From Archaeoglobus fulgidus DSM 4304 (GTDB lineage Archaea > Halobacteriota > Archaeoglobi > Archaeoglobales > Archaeoglobaceae), in assembly GCF_000008665.1 (NCBI RefSeq), contig NC_000917.1, forward strand, positions 1,980,001 through 2,012,000: a stretch of 32,000 nt of DNA, given 5' to 3'. Below the pieces are notes generated by a model. That model did not search any database. It saw nothing but the letters and a program-made list of their open reading frames with translations, and was not told the DNA's origin. Below, piece by piece: positions 26,987 through 32,000 of the stretch. A program made the position numbers and the translations under genes. Positions within the stretch are counted from its first letter, which is position 1. Every line of letters begins with the position of its first letter.

Positions 26987-28246
26987 TTAGATATACGGGT
27001 TCTCGATGATGGTGGCTCCACCCTGTCCGCCTGCACCACAGAGCGTGGCACAGCCGTACTTGGCCTCCTGAACGAGGAGGATTCTTGCGAGGGTGCCGAG
27101 AACTCTTCCACCGCTCGCTCCGAGCGGGTGGCCTATGGCAATTGCTCCTCCCTTGATGTTCACCCTCTCGGGGTCGAGGCCGAGCTTCTTTATGGTGTAG
27201 AGCGGAACAACAGAAAAGGCCTCGTTTATCTCCCAGTAGTCTATGTCCTTCGCCTCAAGCCCAGCCTTCTGCAATGCCTTCAGGCTTGCGGGAACGGGGC
27301 TTGCGCCCATGATGCTCGGGTCGATTGAAGCCCAGCCCATTGAAACGATTTTTGCCATCGGCTCAAGGCCATATTCCTTCATCTTCTTCTTGCTCATCAG
27401 CATAAGTGCTGTAGCACCTGCATTGAGCGGAGAGGAGTTTCCGGCAGTGATAACACCTCCCGGCTTGAAGGCTGGTGGGAGCTTCTCCACCTGCTCAAGC
27501 GTTGTGTCAGGCCTTATTGACTGGTCAACGTCTATGACCTTCTTGCTTCCGTCTGCCTGCTCCACCTCAATGGGGAGAATCTCTCCCTTCCACTTCATCG
27601 GGTAGCCCTCTCCCTCAAGGAACCAGCCCTCTTTGACTGCCTGAGCTGCAAGCTTGTGGCTCCTGACACCCCACTCATCCAGATCTCTCTTCGTCCATCC
27701 CATCTCGTCCTTCGCAACCTCGAAGAGCTTCTCCGCTGTGAGACCCATGCTCATGGCCGTCATTAAATCATATTTCTGAATCAAATCCGTGCGGGACATC
27801 AGAGTGGGTGAGATGCCGATGTGCGGGTTGAGGTCCATCTGCATTGGCAAGTGGGTCATGTGCTCGAAACCGCATGCAATTACGATGTCAGAGTAGCCGA
27901 GCATGATTTCCATTGTTCCGTGGTGAACTGCTGTCGTTGAGGAGTTGCAGACCCTCTCAACGCCGTGCGCAGGAACTTCTACGGGCAGTTCAGCGAGAAG
28001 AGGGACAACCTTACCGCCGTAAAGCCAGTTCTCCTTCATCTGCATTGTGCATCCTGTGATGACGTCGCCAATCTCCTTTGGATCGATGCCCGTCCTGTTC
28101 ACCATCTCCTTTATCAGCATCGCAGCCACTGCAGGCATGTCTATTTTGTTGAAAACGTCCTTCTCCGGCTGCTTTGGCCTGCTCCTCGAGAATGCAGACC
28201 TCAGAAAATCAACTATATATACTTCCTCCATTCTATCACCCTGCAA
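26987..28246 (-). CDS. Acetyl-CoA C-acyltransferase (thiolase)
   Basis: 419 aa; VERVCNSSTTAVHHGTMEIMLGYSDIVIACGFE, WEINEAFSVVPLYTIKKLGLD, NIKGGAIAIGHPLGASGGR, CGAGGQGGATI. Confidence 0.94.
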   Translation of the reverse strand: MQGDRMEEVYIVDFLRSAFSRSRPKQPEKDVFNKIDMPAVAAMLIKEMVNRTGIDPKEIGDVITGCTMQMKENWLYGGKVVPLLAELPVEVPAHGVERVCNSSTTAVHHGTMEIMLGYSDIVIACGFEHMTHLPMQMDLNPHIGISPTLMSRTDLIQKYDLMTAMSMGLTAEKLFEVAKDEMGWTKRDLDEWGVRSHKLAAQAVKEGWFLEGEGYPMKWKGEILPIEVEQADGSKKVIDVDQSIRPDTTLEQVEKLPPAFKPGGVITAGNSSPLNAGATALMLMSKKKMKEYGLEPMAKIVSMGWASIDPSIMGASPVPASLKALQKAGLEAKDIDYWEINEAFSVVPLYTIKKLGLDPERVNIKGGAIAIGHPLGASGGRVLGTLARILLVQEAKYGCATLCGAGGQGGATIIENPYI

Positions 28247-28269
28247 ACGTTTTTCAAATAATAAAAAAT

Positions 28270-29478
28270 TTACTGTAGAGGATGTTTCCTCACAACTCCG
28301 AGTCTTGAGGGTATCTTTCCGAGCAGCGACCTGGCAATAACTTCCATCTCTATTTCCCTTGTACCCTCGTAGATCTCCAGAATTCTAACGTCCCTGTACA
28401 TCCTGCTTATGTGCTGCTCTCCCATAAATCCGTAACCTCCGTGTATCTGCAAAGCCTCATTAACAATGAACTGCGCGGCCTTGGCCGTGTAGTACTTCGC
28501 CATCGCCGTCAATCCCGGATCTGGCATCCCCATCTTGTCCTGGAAGTAGGCAGCCTGATATGCCAGTAAGCGGGCAGCCTCAAGCTCCGTCCTCATCTTC
28601 GCAAGCTTCTCCTGCGTAACCTGGAAGTCTGCAAGCTTCCTCTCGAAAACCTCCCTGTTTCTGGCGTAGTGGTACGCAAGCTCAAATGCCCCCTGAGCCA
28701 GCCCAAGAGCCTGGAACGCAACAGGGATTCTTGTGATGTTGAAGAACATCATCGTCTGGTAGAATCCCTGCCCCTCCTGACCGATGAGGTTTTCCTTCGG
28801 CACTCTGACGTTCTTGAAGACGACCTCGGCCGTATCGCTCGCCCTAATACCAAGCTTGTTCTTCAGCTTGTTCGCCTGCACACCTGGCATGTCCCTCTCG
28901 ACCAAGAACACCGACATGCCATGATGTCTCTTCGGCGGATTTGGATCAGTTCTCGCCAGAACTATGTAGTAGTCTGCAATGCTGCCGTTTGTGATGAACA
29001 TCTTCGTTCCGTTGATTACGTACTCATCTCCATCCTTGTCAGCCCTTGTTTTAATTCCCGCAACATCGCTCCCCGCCTGAGGTTCTGTGTAGCAGGCGGC
29101 GCAGATTTTCTCTCCCTTTGCGAGCGGTGGCAGGTACTTCTTCTTCTGCTCCTCGTTGCCGAAGGCTATGATCTGCTCTGAGCCGAATGTTGTGGCGAGA
29201 ATCATTCCAAGCCCGCCGTCAACCCTCCAGAACTCCTCGACAACGAGGCAGGAGTCCAGCACTCCTAAGCCCTGCCCTCCGTACTGCTCTGGAATCGCCA
29301 TTCCGATGAATCCGAGCTGGGCAGCCTTCTTCCAAAGCTCAAAGGGGAACTTCTCCTCCCTGTCGCACTCTTCAACGTAATTTGGAAACTCCTTCTCCGC
29401 GAACTCTCTTGCTGCCTCCTTAATTGCCTTCTGGTCTTCCGTCAGGATGAAATCCGCGAGCATTTTTAACCACCTCAT
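28270..29478 (-). CDS. Acyl-CoA dehydrogenase
   Basis: 402 aa; ICAACYTEPQAGSDVAGIKTRADKDGDEYVINGTKMFITNG, LQIHGGYGFMGEQHISRMYRDVRILEIYEGTREIEM. Confidence 0.96.
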   Translation of the reverse strand: MRWLKMLADFILTEDQKAIKEAAREFAEKEFPNYVEECDREEKFPFELWKKAAQLGFIGMAIPEQYGGQGLGVLDSCLVVEEFWRVDGGLGMILATTFGSEQIIAFGNEEQKKKYLPPLAKGEKICAACYTEPQAGSDVAGIKTRADKDGDEYVINGTKMFITNGSIADYYIVLARTDPNPPKRHHGMSVFLVERDMPGVQANKLKNKLGIRASDTAEVVFKNVRVPKENLIGQEGQGFYQTMMFFNITRIPVAFQALGLAQGAFELAYHYARNREVFERKLADFQVTQEKLAKMRTELEAARLLAYQAAYFQDKMGMPDPGLTAMAKYYTAKAAQFIVNEALQIHGGYGFMGEQHISRMYRDVRILEIYEGTREIEMEVIARSLLGKIPSRLGVVRKHPLQ

Positions 29479-29611
29479 GCAGGCTCTTTTTGTGATTATT
29501 TAAATTTTGCCAAGTTAAACAATTGAAAAAGGATTTAAATAGAACACAATTGTAGTTATATATCATGAGTTTAACGAGGAGCAATTTTTAATGCACCGTT
29601 GAAAACTTGAA

Positions 29612-31689
29612 GTGGTGAAGGTGGAGGAGCTTGCTGAAAGCATCTCAAGTTATGCTGTTGGCATTTTAAAGGAGGAGGGTATAGAAGAGCTGTTTCCGCC
29701 TCAGGCTGAGGCGGTGGAGAAGGTCTTTTCCGGCAAAAATCTGCTCCTCGCAATGCCCACAGCGGCGGGTAAAACCCTCCTCGCCGAGATGGCGATGGTC
29801 AGAGAGGCCATAAAAGGTGGAAAGAGTCTCTACGTTGTTCCTCTGAGGGCTCTTGCGGGGGAGAAGTACGAAAGCTTCAAGAAGTGGGAGAAGATTGGTT
29901 TGAGGATAGGCATATCGACAGGCGATTACGAGTCGAGGGACGAGCACCTTGGGGATTGTGACATTATAGTAACAACAAGCGAGAAAGCTGACTCTCTGAT
30001 CAGAAACAGAGCAAGCTGGATTAAAGCTGTTAGCTGCCTTGTCGTTGACGAAATACACCTACTCGATTCCGAGAAGAGAGGAGCCACCCTGGAAATTCTC
30101 GTGACTAAAATGAGAAGAATGAATAAGGCGCTGAGGGTTATAGGGCTCTCCGCAACGGCTCCAAATGTCACCGAGATTGCAGAGTGGCTAGATGCAGACT
30201 ACTACGTGAGCGACTGGAGGCCTGTGCCGCTGGTGGAGGGAGTGCTCTGCGAGGGCACTCTGGAGCTCTTCGACGGTGCATTCTCGACCTCAAGGAGGGT
30301 AAAGTTCGAAGAGCTCGTTGAAGAGTGCGTTGCTGAGAATGGGGGTGTTCTTGTTTTCGAATCAACGAGGAGAGGGGCGGAGAAGACGGCAGTTAAGCTC
30401 TCAGCAATTACGGCAAAGTATGTTGAAAATGAAGGCTTGGAGAAGGCGATACTCGAGGAGAATGAGGGTGAGATGAGCAGAAAACTGGCAGAATGCGTTA
30501 GGAAAGGGGCGGCCTTTCACCATGCTGGCCTGCTGAACGGGCAGAGAAGGGTTGTTGAGGATGCTTTCAGAAGGGGGAATATCAAGGTTGTCGTTGCCAC
30601 TCCAACTCTGGCAGCGGGCGTCAACCTTCCAGCCAGAAGGGTGATAGTGAGAAGTCTTTACCGATTCGACGGATACTCGAAGAGAATTAAGGTTTCCGAA
30701 TACAAGCAGATGGCTGGGAGAGCCGGCAGGCCGGGAATGGATGAGAGAGGAGAGGCGATTATCATTGTCGGGAAGAGGGACAGAGAGATTGCTGTGAAAA
30801 GGTATATTTTTGGAGAGCCTGAGAGGATAACCTCGAAGCTCGGAGTTGAGACTCACCTTAGGTTTCACAGCCTGTCCATAATCTGCGATGGCTACGCAAA
30901 AACTCTGGAAGAGCTCGAGGACTTTTTCGCTGACACGTTCTTCTTCAAGCAAAACGAAATATCCCTCAGCTACGAGCTTGAGAGAGTTGTCAGACAGCTT
31001 GAGAACTGGGGGATGGTTGTTGAGGATCACCATCTTGCTCCAACGAAGCTAGGCTCGCTTGTTTCGAGGCTCTACATCGACCCGCTGACGGGCTTCATTT
31101 TCCACGACGTTCTCAGCAGGATGGAGCTCTCCGATATCGGTGCCCTGCACTCATCTGCAGAACTCCGGACATGGAGAGGCTGACTGTTAGAAAGACAGAC
31201 TCGTGGGTTGAGGAGGAAGCCTTCAGGCTTCGAAAGGAGCTAAGCTACTACCCATCCGATTTTTCTGTTGAGTACGACTGGTTTTTGTCTGAAGTCAAGA
31301 CGGCTCTCTGCCTGAAGGACTGGATTGAGGAAAAAGATGAGGACGAAATATGCGCTAAGTACGGCATCGCTCCCGGTGATTTGAGGAGGATAGTTGAGAC
31401 TGCGGAATGGCTGAGCAATGCGATGAACAGAATAGCGGAGGAGGTGGGAAACACGAGTGTCAGCGGGCTTACGGAGAGGATAAAGCATGGAGTCAAGGAG
31501 GAGCTGCTTGAGCTGGTGAGAATAAGGCACATCGGGAGGGTTAGGGCGAGAAAGCTTTACAACGCGGGGATCAGAAATGCTGAGGACATTGTGAGGCACA
31601 GGGAAAAGGTTGCATCGCTGATTGGGAGGGGCATAGCAGAGAGGGTTGTAGAGGGCATTAGCGTTAAGTCTTTAAACCCGGAGTCATGA
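29612..31689 (+). CDS. hel308: Hel308/Ski2-like DNA helicase, interrupted by a one-nucleotide frameshift near 31150
   Basis: ORF 29612-31183 carries the helicase motifs ([27 protein letters not shown]). ORF 31171-31689, in another frame, carries the C-terminal domain and HhH ([15 protein letters not shown]). The two join if one base is restored after 31150. Confidence 0.9.
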
Positions 31690-31701
31690 TGCAATCATGC
31701 A

Positions 31702-31775
31702 GGGCCGGTAGCTTAGCCAGGCAGAGCGCGGGACTCTTAATCCCGCAGTCGGGGGTTCAAATCCCTCCCGGCCCG
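31702..31775 (+). tRNA. tRNA-Lys, anticodon CTT
   Basis: GGGCCGGTAGCTTAGCCAGGCAGAGCGCGGGACTCTTAATCCCGCAGTCGGGGGTTCAAATCCCTCCCGGCCCG. Acceptor GGGCCGG/CCGGCCC; anticodon stem CGGGA/TCCCG with loop CTCTTAA; TTCAAAT T-loop; no encoded CCA. Confidence 0.95.
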
Positions 31776-31903
31776 CTGTTTGTGAGCAGGGAAAGCTCGC
31801 TCTTTTCATAGAAACTCTAAAACACTCCTTGGCGGATTAGTGTAGGCTTTCCTCTTCTTTCAACTTTTAGAACTGTTTTGGTTGGTTTATCAAGAAAGTA
31901 AAT

Positions 31904-32000
31904 CATTCTGAAATCCCCAATGCGATAAAGTTCTCCTCGCCTTCAATCTTTTTAACATCGAGGAATTGGATTCGTTTTGAGCGTTTCAAGAAGTTCACCA
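31904..32000 (-). CDS. Possible C-terminus of a gene entering from the right edge
   Basis: Frame open from the window edge on the minus strand: ...VNFLKRSKRIQFLDVKKIEGEENFIALGISE*. Only about 31 codons are visible. Confidence 0.3.

Noticed and set aside
30401-31033. 210-aa minus-strand ORF
   Set aside because: Antisense to Hel308 helicase motifs.
31170-31190. Programmed frameshift signal in hel308
   Set aside because: No slippery heptamer or obvious downstream pseudoknot at 31150. The simplest explanation is a single missing C, so this is reported only as a frameshift of unknown origin.
31787-31812. GAGC-AGGGAAA-GCTC hairpin after tRNA-Lys as a terminator
   Set aside because: Only a 4-bp stem with a weak T tract; not enough to call.
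1-32000. CRISPR array or tandem repeats
   Set aside because: Scanning by eye found no regularly spaced direct repeats of 24-40 bp. Clusters of similar motifs such as the CTTCTA pair are too short. A repeat-finding program would be needed to exclude weak repeats.

Overview
The window looks like the chromosome of a hyperthermophilic sulfate-reducing archaeon of the Archaeoglobus fulgidus type. That assignment comes from recognised protein sequences and an ISA1214-like element; no database search was run. Most of the window is dense housekeeping and metabolic genes. On the minus strand, 403-5006 is a split methylmalonyl-CoA mutase / epimerase / biotin-dependent carboxyltransferase operon. It is followed by a small AT-rich accessory island (about 5100-7900) holding a truncated flavoprotein disulfide reductase, a hairpin, an orphan ORF and a complete ISA1214-type insertion sequence with inverted repeats and an 8-bp target duplication. 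Further along are valS, a FAH-family gene, a THUMP protein, an NrpR-like regulator, tRNA-Pro(GGG), dsrC, a CbiA/DsrN-like amidase, a UPF0104 membrane protein, a divergent Fur-like regulator and katG operon, an XTP pyrophosphatase, a thermosome subunit, a half-size ferritin-like ORF, a cyclophilin-like ORF, purB, thiolase, acyl-CoA dehydrogenase, a frameshifted Hel308 helicase and tRNA-Lys(CTT). I found no CRISPR array, no obvious defence cassette and no clear novel multi-gene system. The strongest less-obvious signals are: (1) an unlisted 41-codon ORF between the carboxyltransferase and biotin-carrier genes with ATGA coupling; (2) a one-nucleotide frameshift in hel308; (3) an unlisted 52-codon AbrB-like ORF divergent from the IS transposase, with a 14-bp palindrome in the shared promoter; (4) convergent dsrC and dsrN/cbiA-like genes; (5) a katG / Cys-rich / DUF362 lipoprotein operon.
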